Source of the DNA: a virus
Lineage: Duplodnaviria > Caudoviricetes
Length of the DNA: 64,000 bases
IMG/VR virus record: IMGVR_UViG_3300021400_001287
Coordinates: 27,209 to 91,208 of that record
Reading direction: 5' to 3' (one strand)
The position numbers and the translations under genes are program-made. A model generated the notes under the pieces. It did not search any database and was not told where the DNA came from. It saw only the letters and a program-made list of their open reading frames with translations. Shown piece by piece: positions 11,730 through 24,188 of this stretch (its first letter is position 1; every line of letters starts with the position of its first letter).

Positions 11730-12360
11730 CTTTTCCCTTCCCATTTACGTTCAATTTTACCGTCCCGATCATCTGGAATTATCTCCAAAAATAGAATACT
11801 CCACATAACTTTCACTAACATGTCATCTACTTCCAGTGCAATTTATTCCATTTTCAAAGCAATGTGTCGATTTAAATTTAATATAAAGTTTACATTCATA
11901 CACTCTCAAAAATTTCAGATCGTCCATATGAGTATAGTAGAGGTTGGTTGACCGAAGCCCAGTCAGTCATCAAAACTCGTTTCCCTGAAATCCCGTTTTC
12001 GTTCAATATATTATTATACTATATAACTAAGATGATCTTAACCAAGTTAGAACGATCAGCTGGGATACAGATGACCGTATCTCAGTTACTAGAACCTAGA
12101 GATCAGCTAGACTACAGTCGACCTCTAAAGAGCTATTACTCAAGAACCAAGTTATGTACAATTTCTCTTTCTCTAATAACTAAAACCTTAATAGAGTCGA
12201 CTTAGATGTACAGGTTAACTGTATTACGGTTACTACATATAGGGGAAAGTTGGTTGAAGATTTGAGTGTATCCATGTATACAACGCAAGCGGAGCAGCCA
12301 GGAGCGAAGCGAGTGGCAGCAAAGCGAGTGGCTGCGGAACGCGGTATCGGCGACTACACA

Positions 12361-12705
12361 ATGGAGCTGGAGCGGATTCTTACTCAGTTCCGTGATGCCG
12401 AATCAGCTCTCTCGATGGCGCACACCGAATTGAAGCAATGCGACGACAGGACCCAGGACATCCTCCACGACTTGGAGCTCAACGACCACACATACCATGA
12501 ACGTGGCAAACTGACCACCGAACTCGTCGAAATACGTCGCCGTCGTCGTGTCGCCAAGGATACCATCGAATTGCTCAACCCACTCTGTACCTGGCTCACC
12601 AACAACAGCAAATCGATCTACATGTTAGAGTCAGTGTTGGGTGAGATGAGGAAGGTCGACATTAAACGAGCGAATCGTCAGTATTGGCCTAAATGTAAGC
12701 AATGA
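12361..12705 (+). CDS. Coiled-coil hypothetical phage protein
   Basis: 'TQDILHDLEL...LVEIRRRRRVAKDTIELL'; start uncertain. Confidence 0.6.
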   Translation: MELERILTQFRDAESALSMAHTELKQCDDRTQDILHDLELNDHTYHERGKLTTELVEIRRRRRVAKDTIELLNPLCTWLTNNSKSIYMLESVLGEMRKVDIKRANRQYWPKCKQ

Positions 12706-13040
12706 CAGAGCGAGTTCCGAGCGAAGCGAGAGCGAGCGAACCGGATGTATTGGCCGAAGTACGAACGATGAGTGAGCACACCGGACGGAGTGCTATTGAT
12801 GGTGTACCGCATTTCGCCGTAGACCGGAGTGAATCCAATGCGCACACCTGCGACACCGTCTCTTTTCATCGATGGCAAGTGTCGCGTGGTGGATCGACGA
12901 CATAACCTCTGTTTAACGTGGTGTTCGAAAACTGTTCACCAAGCATTGGGAGCAAAAGTCTTGCAATTCGACACCGACCGTGTTACAATGGCACTCGCAC
13001 CGGAGAGGACTCGGTGACATTCGACTAGAGGAGTGACGCT

Positions 13041-14252
13041 ATGGAGTTTACGGATGCTCGATTTGGTAAGTTGCGTGTGGTCGAACGGTACGGTAAGAAG
13101 TGGTTCTTGGCGCACGACGTCATGAAATCGCTTGGTGTGTCGAATCCCTACTTGTTGACTAGTAAGGTCAGCCCCGAGGACAAGACGTATGTGTATGTGA
13201 ACGTGACGGCTGGAACGCCCAGGATGATCGGTTTGACTGAGGACGGGCTCAAGACGCTGGTGTATCGCACACATAAAGATGGGCGCGACGAGTACGCGGC
13301 GTGGTTGCGGGATGAAGTGCTCCCGAAGGTGCGCGGATCGGATGCAATGTTGCCCGCGATAAAACAGGTCGACACCGCCCCGGATCGTGTCGAAGCACCG
13401 ACCGTCTTCCATAATGATGAGTTCGGGGACTTGCGCACGATCATCATTGATGGTAAGTATTGGTTCGTTAGCAAAGATGTGGCTTTGAGTCTCGGGTATT
13501 CGAATCCGAGAAAAGCCATCATCGATCATGTGGATGCTGAAGACAAAATGGATGGAGTAACGATTCGTGACTCCATGGGCAGAGAACAGAATCCCACTTT
13601 GATCAATGAATCTGGCATCTACAGTTTGATCCTTTCGAGTAAGCTCCCGAAAGCCAAAGAGTTTAAGCGCTGGGTTACCAACGAAGTTCTCCCGTCGATC
13701 CGCAAACACGGCGTGTACGCCACACCGCAGGTGACCACCGACGATACTATTGAATTGCTCCGCAAAGCGGCTGACCTTCTCGAAGCCCAGTGTAAACTGA
13801 CCGGTGAATGGCGCAACAAGAACGCGGAGTTAGTGGCTAAACTCGATGACACAACCTATGACCTCGTGGTTGCAAAAGATGAAGTGCGTCGTATGCGCGA
13901 ACAGTATTACAAAGCGACCGATGAAGTCGAATCTCTTCAGAATCAGATCGAAGCCTATCGCAAAGAATTTTCTCATCGCAAAGAATTCACGTCCTTCATC
14001 AATTCCTGTGTCCGCTCTTTTGTAGGTGCCAGTTGCGGACAGTACATTATGCCTACCGGCTGGAGTGAATATTATCGTCGTCTCACCGATGCTCTTGGTG
14101 ATGACGTGCGCAAACGTGGACGCCAGCCGTACATTGACGCTATTACCGACGAAGAACTCCCCATCGCTATGAAAGTTGCGGCGGAGATGGGAACCGGCGA
14201 GCTGGTTGCCCGTCTCATGAGCGACACCATCCGGAACGCGATCGCCGCGTAA
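13041..14252 (+). CDS. Antirepressor with two BRO-N domains
   Basis: 'FGKLRVV...WFLAHDV' and 'FGDLRTII...WFVSKDVALSLGYSNPRKAI...INESGIYSLILSSKLPKAKEFKRWVTNEVLPSIRKHG'. Confidence 0.9.
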   Translation: MEFTDARFGKLRVVERYGKKWFLAHDVMKSLGVSNPYLLTSKVSPEDKTYVYVNVTAGTPRMIGLTEDGLKTLVYRTHKDGRDEYAAWLRDEVLPKVRGSDAMLPAIKQVDTAPDRVEAPTVFHNDEFGDLRTIIIDGKYWFVSKDVALSLGYSNPRKAIIDHVDAEDKMDGVTIRDSMGREQNPTLINESGIYSLILSSKLPKAKEFKRWVTNEVLPSIRKHGVYATPQVTTDDTIELLRKAADLLEAQCKLTGEWRNKNAELVAKLDDTTYDLVVAKDEVRRMREQYYKATDEVESLQNQIEAYRKEFSHRKEFTSFINSCVRSFVGASCGQYIMPTGWSEYYRRLTDALGDDVRKRGRQPYIDAITDEELPIAMKVAAEMGTGELVARLMSDTIRNAIAA

Positions 14253-14386
14253 GAGCAATGAAAGGGAGCTGTTGGGACCTCCCAAATCGGTAAGGCATCA
14301 CGACTCCCTTTCGTATCGGGGCGGGCACCCCGTCCGCCCCGCGTATTCCCATTTTAGGACCAAATACCATATCGGAGTGTTCAATA

Positions 14387-17300
14387 TGATCAAAGATATG
14401 AAGGTCGCCCAGTGTGACCTGTGCGGTTGCATTGTCCCTGCGGTGTACGCATACAGCCAGCAGGATGAAGAGAGTTGGTATACGCATCCGAAAGACTGGC
14501 ATGTGTCGCCAGCAAATTATCAGATTTTGTTATGCCCGAAGTGCTGGGCGAAGATGGAGGATCAACATGGAAGAGAATAAACGCGAAGAGATCGAGCTTG
14601 ATCCGATCAATATCATCATGGCGATCCCGAAAGAGACTGTGTCGATGGAGCTCATCGTCAAGATCATGCGCGGCAACATGATCCAGACTGTCGGCAAACA
14701 GTACACCATCGGCGACATCCACGACATGCGGCAAGACTTCCTGGATAACGTCGAATTCGGCGACGACTACAAAGCGAGCTATGTGTTGACCGAGGAAGGC
14801 GAACGATATCTGGAGGAACGCGAAAATGACAGAGATCATTAACATGAAGATCCGCAACACGAGCCTTACGATGGCAGATCACGGTGTGCTTACATTTTAC
14901 ATATCTCTCGAAGGTGACGGGCACGGTCTTATATACGGTGGCTATATAATCGGCAATGGATACTTGGGCGCGAAAGAATTCCACGGCAGTGTCAATGGTA
15001 TTGAGGCACTCATGCGGATCATGGACACAGTCGGTGTCGAACGCTGGGAAGATTTGTCCGGTAAATACGTTCGTGTCGTGCGTGACGGATGGGGGAGTAC
15101 GATCTCTAAGATCGGCAACATCATCGAAGACAAATGGTTCGATGCAGAGGAGTTCTTCAGCGATGACCATAACACGTAAAGCTGCCGTCATCGTGCGGGG
15201 CGATGAGATATTGTGTGCGCGTGGATTCGTGCCGATCGAGAAGATATCGACACGAAACAAGATTCGAATATACGATTCCGTGTCGAGAGCTGAGAGTGCA
15301 ATAAAGCATGGTTACTTCGATGGTGCAAAAGCGATAGAAGTCATCGAGTCGATCGAAATGCCGGGAGGGACGAGCTGGTGAGCGAATTCAGAGATGTGTG
15401 TCTGGAAATTAAGCATCTATGCGAGACTTCCACATGTAGCGAATGCCCGATGAATGACGCTCAAATTTGCAAACTGCCTCCAAATGCTTGGACTGACGTT
15501 CTCCTCGATAAAGTAGATGACGTCATGGAAATGCTTCAGAGTTTGCCCACAATTGGGCAATATCTCGAAGAGAGTGGCGTCATCAACTCGGACAGTGACG
15601 ACAGAACGGTAGTGCAGACACTTTATCAAACTAAAGTACCGATGGAGTGGGTAAAATGAAGATTATCTTTCTCGACGTCGACGGCGTGCTGAATAATTTA
15701 TTGTGGGCGAGACGGATGTTTGACGAAGGTGTTAACGTATTCGCTAAAGATATGCTCGAATACCGGGCGATCGAATTGCTCAAACGAATTATTGATGCAA
15801 CCGGAGCCGACGTCGTCATCACGTCGACCTGGCGCATGCGCGCGGTACAAATGACGCATCTTCTCGACCAACTGGCACGCTTCGACATTTATCCGATCGC
15901 CGTGACGCCCAGACTCAATACGGATCGCGGCGACGAGATATCCGCGTGGATGCAACATTATGACGTCGAGTCATATGTCATCTTGGATGATGACTCGGAC
16001 ATGGATGAACACATGGATCATCTGGTGCAGACATCGTTTGAACATGGACTTCAACGCGAACACGTAGAGAGAGCAATAGAGATATTGAATGGGGTGAATT
16101 AACTTGGTGGACAATGAGCTTATTACGAAGGCCGATGTTAAAGCGCTAATTCGCAGTGGAGTGGCAACAGAGACGTATGCCGATCAAGATTACGTATGTG
16201 CGTTGATCGACGATCTCTTGCCCGTCGACGCCGCGCAGGTGATACATGGACGGTGGATCACAAATGACGATTGTGGTGAATTGGAATGTCCTATATGTGG
16301 AGGCGTTCAGATCGAACACGGTATGTTCTGCACATGGTGCGGGGCGAAGTGTGACGGAGGTGTTCAAGATGATGATTAAGATTTTTACGAAGGGCAACGA
16401 CGGCAAAATTACTATGACACCCGAAGAGCTCAAGAGTTTGCTCGATGAAGCGTATTGGGAAGGATACAGAGCTAATAACCAAACCATCACATACACCACG
16501 CCGACCTATCGCCCGTACGTGTGGGATGGATCGACGATCACGTTGAACACGGAAGCAAACAGTACGGTGTTTGTGGGTAACATGGAGAGCTAATGATGCA
16601 GGACGATGATCTGATCTCGCGGGCGGCGGCTCGGGACATAATAAATACATGGGGAAGACTCGCAACTGAGGACGTCCGCATGGATTTGCTACATCACGAC
16701 TTGAATGCGCTCCCCGCCGTTGACGCCGTGCCAGTGATCCACGCCCATTGGATCGAATTCTACGAGGACATCATGTGTAGTCATTGCAAAGCGACGTACT
16801 ATGATGATATTGTTGACACGTACCACGACCGCGTCGATTATCGCAGATATGTCGGCTTGGAACATTGTCCGCATTGTGGATCCATTATGGACGGAGGCGA
16901 TGAGGATGAGGTTGGTTGACGCCGATGCACGAGTTACGGTTCAGAGTTTCGATATCGAACACGAAGAGTACGAACACACCGAGATGAGCGTCGAAGAAGC
17001 GCTGGATTTTGCAACAGACGAAGGATGCCCTCCGGTTATGGACGCGATCCCGGTCGCTTGGCTGAATAATATAATGATTTTGGCTGAAACAAGCAATATT
17101 CAGCTGTACCATGCGATATATATGGTGACTTCTGAATGGAAACGCTGGAAAGAAGCGGTCGACAAATGGGAGGCCGGGATCAACACGATCATGGAAGCGT
17201 ATGGAGAATAAAGTCATAAACGGGTTGCGGTGTTGCATCGAACATGGAGTGCTTGGCGGTAAGAGTTGTCGTGGACAAAATAATTTGCTTATCGCTGAAG

Positions 17301-20300
17301 ATACGTTTGGGTGCCCGTATAGAGACTGCGATTATTGCGCCGAGGAATTGGCTCGCGACGCATCGGCTTTGATAGAGCAATTGGGTCGTCTGGTTGAGAC
17401 GTACTCAAATATGCTGGACTGGTATTCGGAGAGATATGATCGATGAAGAAGATTGAATTGTTCGTCTGTGATCATTGCGGTACGCAGTATGATACACAAG
17501 AGCAGTGTAAGCTGTGCGAATCGACACATTGCCCGCCGAAAGAGATTAAGCTGTGTCGATACATGCCATACAAGAGCGCCAAGAGATATCCGATCATGGT
17601 GCAAATTGAGATGTCCGATGGGAAGATGGTGACGTATAAGCGATGACGCGGAGTGAAGTAATTAAAGCGTTGCGGAATTGTGCCGATTGCAGTGGTTGTA
17701 AAGGTTGTGCATTCTATGACTTTAACGACGGACAAGCGCGTTGTGTAATCATGTTGTTGTCGTTGGCAGCTGACATGTTAAGCGAAATACCGTTGCGTTG
17801 CGGTAATTGTACTTGGTATATCGATGGCAAGTGTACGATGCCGCACAGAGATGTCGATTTAAAACCGGATGACTATTGCTCGATGGGGGCGTGGCACAGT
17901 GCGTAAGATTAAAGATTGGCTCATTCACCGTCTCGGCGGATACACGAAAGATGAGCAACTTTGCCGTCCGATACAATTCGTTCGTCGAGAAGTACCCATT
18001 CGGACGTTAAAGGCGCAAGTCATCGTGGGGCAAGATCACGATGGTACCGATCCGGAGATTATGTTGAAACGCAAAATTGCCGATGCAATAATGACTGCCG
18101 TCCCTTCGCCGATTGCATTCGAGTGCGAATCATATACGGTGAACGGATACTATGTGTATACCGCCACACTTAACGTGTGCATGCCAACGGAGGAATATAA
18201 TGACGAGTGCTGAGATCATTAAGCTCCTTGATATTCTGATCGGTCGGGTTGAAGCGACGGGAAATGAAGCCAATGATGAGCAAGTCGAAAAGAATCTGAT
18301 GAAGTTAATCGACATCGTTAATGACTGTCTCAACAGTGTGATGTTTGCGGCTGAAACTCGACACAATCTAGGATACAGTGAGCGTCGTATTGGCGAACGG
18401 GCCTTCGCCGCGATGGCAGAGTGGAATGAGTGGCTGAGTGAGCAGGTGAATGGTTAATGAATACATGCATAAAAACACACCGCTGCCACGGCAGCTTGGC
18501 GGCACACGTGTCGGTCCGGTATGTTGAAAACGAATTCAGTAAACAGAAGATGTGGATTATACGGACACCTACGTGCAATTACGCATCTTGGATTACATAT
18601 CTGGACATATCTGGTCCGGACGACATTAAGTATTGCCCGTACTGCGGAGTTGAGTTGAGTGGGGAAGAGATCGGACTACAAGAAGATGGATGAGATAGCA
18701 AATAACGATATCAATGCCGGGTGCCGGAAGATCGTGAACACATCGACACCGGCTAGACGTAGGTTGCGTGATAAATTACGTCGGCAAGCGAGAGCGCGAC
18801 TGGAGATATTTGTAGACCAGATTGTATCGTCGGTTGCAGATGAAGACGTAGAGAGCAAAATGGTTACGGCATTTACACCAACGGTTTGTGTTGAGGTGGT
18901 AGAGTATAATGATTGAGCGTGAGAAAGTTATCAATGGGCTGGAGTGCTGCATCAAGCGCAACCCTGACGATAAGACGAGGTGTGGCGAATGTCCGTATAA
19001 TGGCGCTTGCCTGAACCGATTGAAAGCGGACGCCCTCGCACTGCTGAAAGAGCAGGATAATACGGTATGTACAAAAGAGCGGTGTCCGATGAATGCGAGC
19101 ACAATTTCCGATGACTGCAATATCGAGACGTGTCCGTGGCGAACAGAAGCCGTTGAACCAAGGTTGTCTATAAGCGGGTTGTGGTACGAGTGTCCGGTTT
19201 GTGGAGGACATTTGTTGGCGTATAAAGATTATAAAGATCATTATTGCTCAGGATGCGGAAAGCGGGTGAAGTGGCGTGACTAACCGCGAAGAAGCTGTAA
19301 TCCGGTTGAGAAGTTTCTTGAAAAACAAAGAATACATGGTGTTGGTGCCAAAGACGCTGCTAAGGACCATGTATGACGCGCTGGAACAAGAAGCGGTGTG
19401 TCCTATAACAATTCAGAAAGAAGTTGATTTCAGATCAGAAATTGAATACGTTTCTGCTTGCGGGAATTGCAGACATGAACTTGTACGTTATCCTAAAAAG
19501 TGGAGCTTCTGTCCGGAATGCGGAAGGGCGGTGAAGTGGTGAGCAACGTGAAACTTGTGCGAGAATTGATCCAAAAAACATTTGATTTAGGCGTATTGAC
19601 CGCGTCATTGGCTATGGCTGATAGTTCCCATAATGCAGAATGGGTGAAAAGCGGATGTAAGATTAGAGATGAAGCCGGTAGCGAAATTGAAGAACTCGCC
19701 AAGAAGATCGTGTTGAGGATGGTGGTCGATGATGAGTGACTTCGTACGGATCATGCGTGGGTGGACAGCGATGTGTGAAGATGTCGACAGTTGCTCCGTT
19801 TGCCCAATGCGAGACAAATCTGTCTGTCATTGTCATGTGCAACAGCGGACTATGGCAAGAATAGTTGATATTGAACAAGATGTCGAAAGTTGGCTGAAAG
19901 ACCACCCGTTGCCTTCGACACCGACTTGGATTAAATGGCTGAGTGAGCATGGCATTATCGACAGCATCGAAGATGGCAATGTGAAGCTGTTGCCCGTGGC
20001 GTACTACCCGATGGACGAAGAGATAGCGGCAAAGTTGGGGGGGGTAGAAAATGGCTGAGTTTCTCATCTGGGGTGCGTTGCTGATCGTCGGTCATGAGTT
20101 GGACCTCCTTGTGAAAGAACTGCGACTGATACGTGAAGATACGATCCGATTGGTCCGCTGGTATGAGGGGGATGAATGCAAATGATCGTGTTGGACTTCG
20201 AGATGCCGAAGAAGTGCGATGATTGCCCGCTGTGCGTTTGCTACTGTCGATGGAGCGGCGATCCGGGCGACGAATTCTGCGGCTGCACCAAGGACTCCGT

Positions 20301-21759
20301 CAATACGCTCTGGGCACGGCAACCTGACTTTTGCCCGATTACAGAATTTGAGCCCCGTATTAAGACGACAATGCCCCTCTAAATTTACCCTACCAAGTAG
20401 TCGTCCGAGCGGAGAAAACGCAAGCACGGTATTGACAATCATTAAATAGCAATAAAGGATGTGAATGGGTTTGATAAAGCTCGATAACGAGTATTTTGTG
20501 ACAGCGGATACGCGGTCGTTTGTGCTGAATCGGAAGTACAAACCCGAAGCCCCGAAGAAGAGCGACCTGAAGCCGAGAGAGACAACTGAATCCGTTGTCG
20601 GGTATTACAGCAACATCGCCCATTTACTTAACGCGTACCGCAAAGAGCAGATGCTCAAGTGGGTCGCTGGTGAGAAACTGACGCTGGAGCAACTGTGTGA
20701 CAGGATCAACGAGATGGACGCGACGCTCACCAAGAAGCTGGCGAAGTTGCAACAGATGGATCTTGGCGACGATGCGAAACCGAGGAGGCGGGGTAAGAAT
20801 GAGAATGCGGAACAGACGGCCTCGTGATGCTTAGTAGCTTTGCGAAGGCAGGTATAACAATAACAATACAACAAACTGGAGGACAAGATTATGATCCATG
20901 TGAAGAAGACCGAAAACGGCGTGATGGGATTTGGTTCGATCGAAACCAAGGAAGACGTTGAGAAGCTGATCAAGAACCTGGTCGAGATTCTGAGTTGTGC
21001 TGAAGAAGAGCCGGAACCCGAAGTCGAACCTGCTCCCAACGATGATCTGTTCGATGCGCTGGTAGATGCGCTCGGCTGGGGCGAAGACGAAGAATGCGAC
21101 TACGATGAGTGCGAGTGCGAGTGTGAAGACGAAGACGCGGACGAAGACGAGCGCGATGGTCTGCCTCACGTCGTGTCTGTCGGCTACACGCATGACTCCG
21201 ACGAAGTGGTGATCATGAACGACCGCGACACCAAGTGGGGTCTTGCGGAAGCGTTTCTGCGTGCTGCCGCGAAAGTGTGGCCTATTGAAGATGGGGAAGA
21301 CGAGAGACTGAAGGGCGCGTTGCTGGAACTGGCGGGTGTTGCCCATGAGCATGTGGACCCCGACGACTGAATTCGACACGGCAACTGAGCCGTTTGTGTT
21401 GCTTGTAGACTGGGGCGGTAGTCTGCGTCTGGTGGAGCGGAAAGCTATTAAGAATGCGACGAAAGCTGGACCGTACTTCATCGGCGTGGACACGCCGCCC
21501 ATCAAACAAGAAATTGTACTGGAGGACAAGAGTCATGACCGAACTTGTACAACAGATCGAGAACCAGTGGATGACCTACAATGCAGCGATAATCAACCAT
21601 TTGCATCCGGACAAGGAGAAGCAGAGGCTGGCGAACATCATGATCAATAATATGACTGATATCCTTGCCGCACTTCGGGCGTACGAACCCGCGACCGACG
21701 TGATCATCACTGGAGATAAAGACGAGCCGCCCCGCAAGACCAGGAAGAAGGCCGACTGA
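14387..21759 (+). other. Cluster of about 25 short rightward middle genes, many with CxxC zinc ribbons
   Basis: ATGA/TGATG-coupled ORFs such as 16104-16379, 16593-16919, 17443-17646, 18909-19283 and 19276-19542; those checked end in TAA/TGA. Confidence 0.8.
15656..16102 (+). CDS. HAD-superfamily phosphatase (Swiss-army-knife RNA-repair-like HAD domain)
   Basis: 'IIFLDVDGVLN', 'VVITSTWR', 'RGDEI', 'YVILDDDSDM'. Confidence 0.85.
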   Translation: MKIIFLDVDGVLNNLLWARRMFDEGVNVFAKDMLEYRAIELLKRIIDATGADVVITSTWRMRAVQMTHLLDQLARFDIYPIAVTPRLNTDRGDEISAWMQHYDVESYVILDDDSDMDEHMDHLVQTSFEHGLQREHVERAIEILNGVN

Positions 21760-22187
21760 TGGCGAGCGTAAAGTTTGAATTGCGGAACGAGGGCAAAGGA
21801 TTGCATGAGTGGGATTACGTCCCGCTTTCTGAACCGAGGATCGTGAAGATGTAGATTGAAAATCGCTCTAAGCTCGACCGCACGTACACAATGAAGCTGT
21901 ATGACAGCAGTCCATTGGTCTCTCAAGGTGTAGCTCCGATGTCCGAGCCGGTTACGGTCACATACTTGGACTTGGATCGTCTCATCAGCAAATGCGAGCT
22001 GACGAAACTGGAGCAGCTCGTCCTGGACTTGTTGATGCGCGGATACACGCGGAGTGATATCCGGGACGACACGAACTTGACAATGGAGACAATTGTTTCA
22101 TTGTTGACCTCGGCAGTTGAGAAAATCGTGGAAATGAACGAGTACGAATGGCACAGAAGTCATAGACAGATACGTCGTGACACATAA
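21759..22187 (+). CDS. Sigma-region-4-like HTH protein, putative late regulator; in-frame TAG at 21852
   Basis: ATG overlaps the upstream TGA; 'IVKM*IENRSKLD' continues in frame into ORF 21891-22187, which ends 'LTKLEQLVLDLLMRGYTRSDI...AVEKI'. Confidence 0.65.
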
Positions 22188-22228
22188 ACCTCGTTGTCGT
22201 TTAATATATATAGGATGAGGGGATTTAG

Positions 22229-22942
22229 ATGGCAAGCACATTGCGCATCGTTGATCTGAATGGAAAAGTCATCAACGTGGTCAAGGGACAAGACCAAACA
22301 TGGCGCGAAGTCGTGTCGAGAGCAAACCTGCCGGCGCGTTTTGAGTTTTGCCTCCGCCATTGGATGAGCGATGATCCCATCGACACGGCGACAGAGGAAC
22401 ACATCAAACAATACCTCGATCGTGTCGGGTATCTGCTCATTCAAGACAAGCCAGATTCGACCATTTTGACAGATTACAAAGAGTTGCGCGATAAAGTGGC
22501 GCTGATCCCTGTGTCTGGGTTGCCCCAGCTAGAGAATTTGTTTTACGGCAGCCTGGACGAAATGACAGATAGCAATGTCGTGCCGGGCAGAGAGTCGTCC
22601 GAGCGGATGACCAAAGTCGAAGCAAAAGTGTATGGCGCGTTGATGCGACCGAAGAAGATCCCGAAGACGATCACGAAGCTGCAAGAGAAGCGCAAGCGAA
22701 TTGATCAAATGCGGGCAACTTATCCTGGCGTCGTGACGGAGTTCATTCGTGTCGACACAAATAATGAGTTTGAGTATCATGGTGTGCGGTATAAGGTTTC
22801 TTGGAAGCAATATGAGCCGAAGGTAGTATGCGGCGATCTGCTGTATGACATGGATCACATCGTGTGCATTATGGCAGATGACGGTGCGCATTTTTACGAC
22901 GAAGATTTCGTCGAGGTAACGGATCACGTCTGTGTGGCGTGA
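22229..22942 (+). CDS. Hypothetical protein immediately upstream of the suppressor tRNA
   Basis: 237-aa ORF with an RBS and no internal TAG. Confidence 0.75.
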   Translation: MASTLRIVDLNGKVINVVKGQDQTWREVVSRANLPARFEFCLRHWMSDDPIDTATEEHIKQYLDRVGYLLIQDKPDSTILTDYKELRDKVALIPVSGLPQLENLFYGSLDEMTDSNVVPGRESSERMTKVEAKVYGALMRPKKIPKTITKLQEKRKRIDQMRATYPGVVTEFIRVDTNNEFEYHGVRYKVSWKQYEPKVVCGDLLYDMDHIVCIMADDGAHFYDEDFVEVTDHVCVA

Positions 22943-22948
22943 CCCCAA

Positions 22949-23028
22949 CGGGGCGTAGTAGAATTGGCATATACGGGGGACTCTAAATCTCCGCCGTTTT
23001 ATGGGTTCGAATCCCATCGCCCCGACCA
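22949..23028 (+). tRNA. Amber suppressor tRNA (anticodon CUA) with a tRNA-Leu-type body
   Basis: Acceptor CGGGGCG/CGCCCCG + A73 + CCA; D arm GTAG-AATTGGCAT-ATAC; anticodon arm GGGGA-CT CTA AA-TCTCC (CTA at 22983-22985); 8-nt variable region; T arm ATGGG-TTCGAAT-CCCAT. Confidence 0.95.
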
Positions 23029-23047
23029 AAGGAAGAAGGTGGACGGT

Positions 23048-24184
23048 ATGGACAGGAATGCGGTATTGGCTATTTTGAATAAAGTGACTGGCGCTTCGGA
23101 TTAGGACTGGAGCGAGATCGCGGAGCTCTATCATCTCGACATGCACCCGGATACCCTGCGTAAAGCTGGTGCCGGTGTGAAGATGGTGGCTGATGCTGGA
23201 CTATTGGCTGTACCGAACACGGAAAATAAATACCGTGACGAATACATCGCGAAGAAGCAATTCTTCGACCAGCGTCGTGAGTACAACGCGGTCTTGGCCC
23301 GAGAAGCACGGGGAGATCATCTGCTGGAGTGTCTGCGTGAGTCGGCTGAGAAGCTGAATGAGCAGATGCCTTTGCTCAATAAAGGTGGAGCATCGACACA
23401 GACTTCGACGACGGAGGCTGTGTTGGTGTTGACCGACTGGCATTACGGTATGGTTGCCAACAACGTATGGAACAAATATGACACGAACATCTGCAAAGAG
23501 CGACTGGAAGAGCTTCGACAAAAGGTTGCCTATAAGCTGGCTCTCCATGATGTGACAATACTCCATGTGTTGGTGTTGGGTGACATGGCGAACGGTGCTA
23601 TCCATGTGACGAGTCGTGTCGCGGCTGAAGAGCACGTGGTAGATCAGCTGATGCAGGTCAGCGAACTTATCGCTGAGTTCGTGGATGACTTGGCCAATCG
23701 AGTACAATACACTCAAATCTATTGCACCTACGGCAATCACATGCGGACGGTCCCGAACAAGAAGGACTCTATCCACGCGGACAATATGGAACGGATTATT
23801 CCGTGGTGGCTGGCACAGCGCTTTAAGACGCGTGACGACGTCGTGGTAGCTGAGACCGGAAAAGACGAGATGCTCCGGGCTGTGGTGTGCGGCGCTGAAG
23901 TTTGCGCGGTGCATGGCGATCTGGATGGTGGCAAAGACGCGGCGCTGGCTCTGAGCCAGATGTACGAGCGGGCTTTCGGTCGGAAGATGCAGTATCTCTT
24001 CACCGGTCACTATCATTCAATGCTCGATACGGAGAACTACGGCATCACGTCGATCCGGGCGGGCGGGATGTGTGGCGTCGATGAGTACGCGAAGAACGCG
24101 CGATTGTTTTCGACACCGTCTCAGACATTGGCAATATTTGATCGTGGCGAGCTGGACGCACTGTATCATATCCGGTTGAGGTGA
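23048..24184 (+). CDS. Metallophosphoesterase/exonuclease (calcineurin-like); TAG at 23102
   Basis: Motifs DWHYG, LGD, GNH, HGD and GHYH; N-terminus MDRNAV...SD*DWSEI is in frame. Confidence 0.85.
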
Positions 24185-24188
24185 TAAC

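Noticed and set aside
10637-12205. Short ORFs in the AT-rich hub (10637-10846, 11468-11677, 11948-12205)
   Set aside because: No clear RBS, low-complexity translations, and TAG readthrough of the last one does not yield a plausible protein.
22949-23028. Pyrrolysine tRNA
   Set aside because: It has a canonical 5-bp anticodon stem, a full D loop with GG, a TTC T loop and a 2-nt connector, unlike tRNA-Pyl; no pyl genes are seen.
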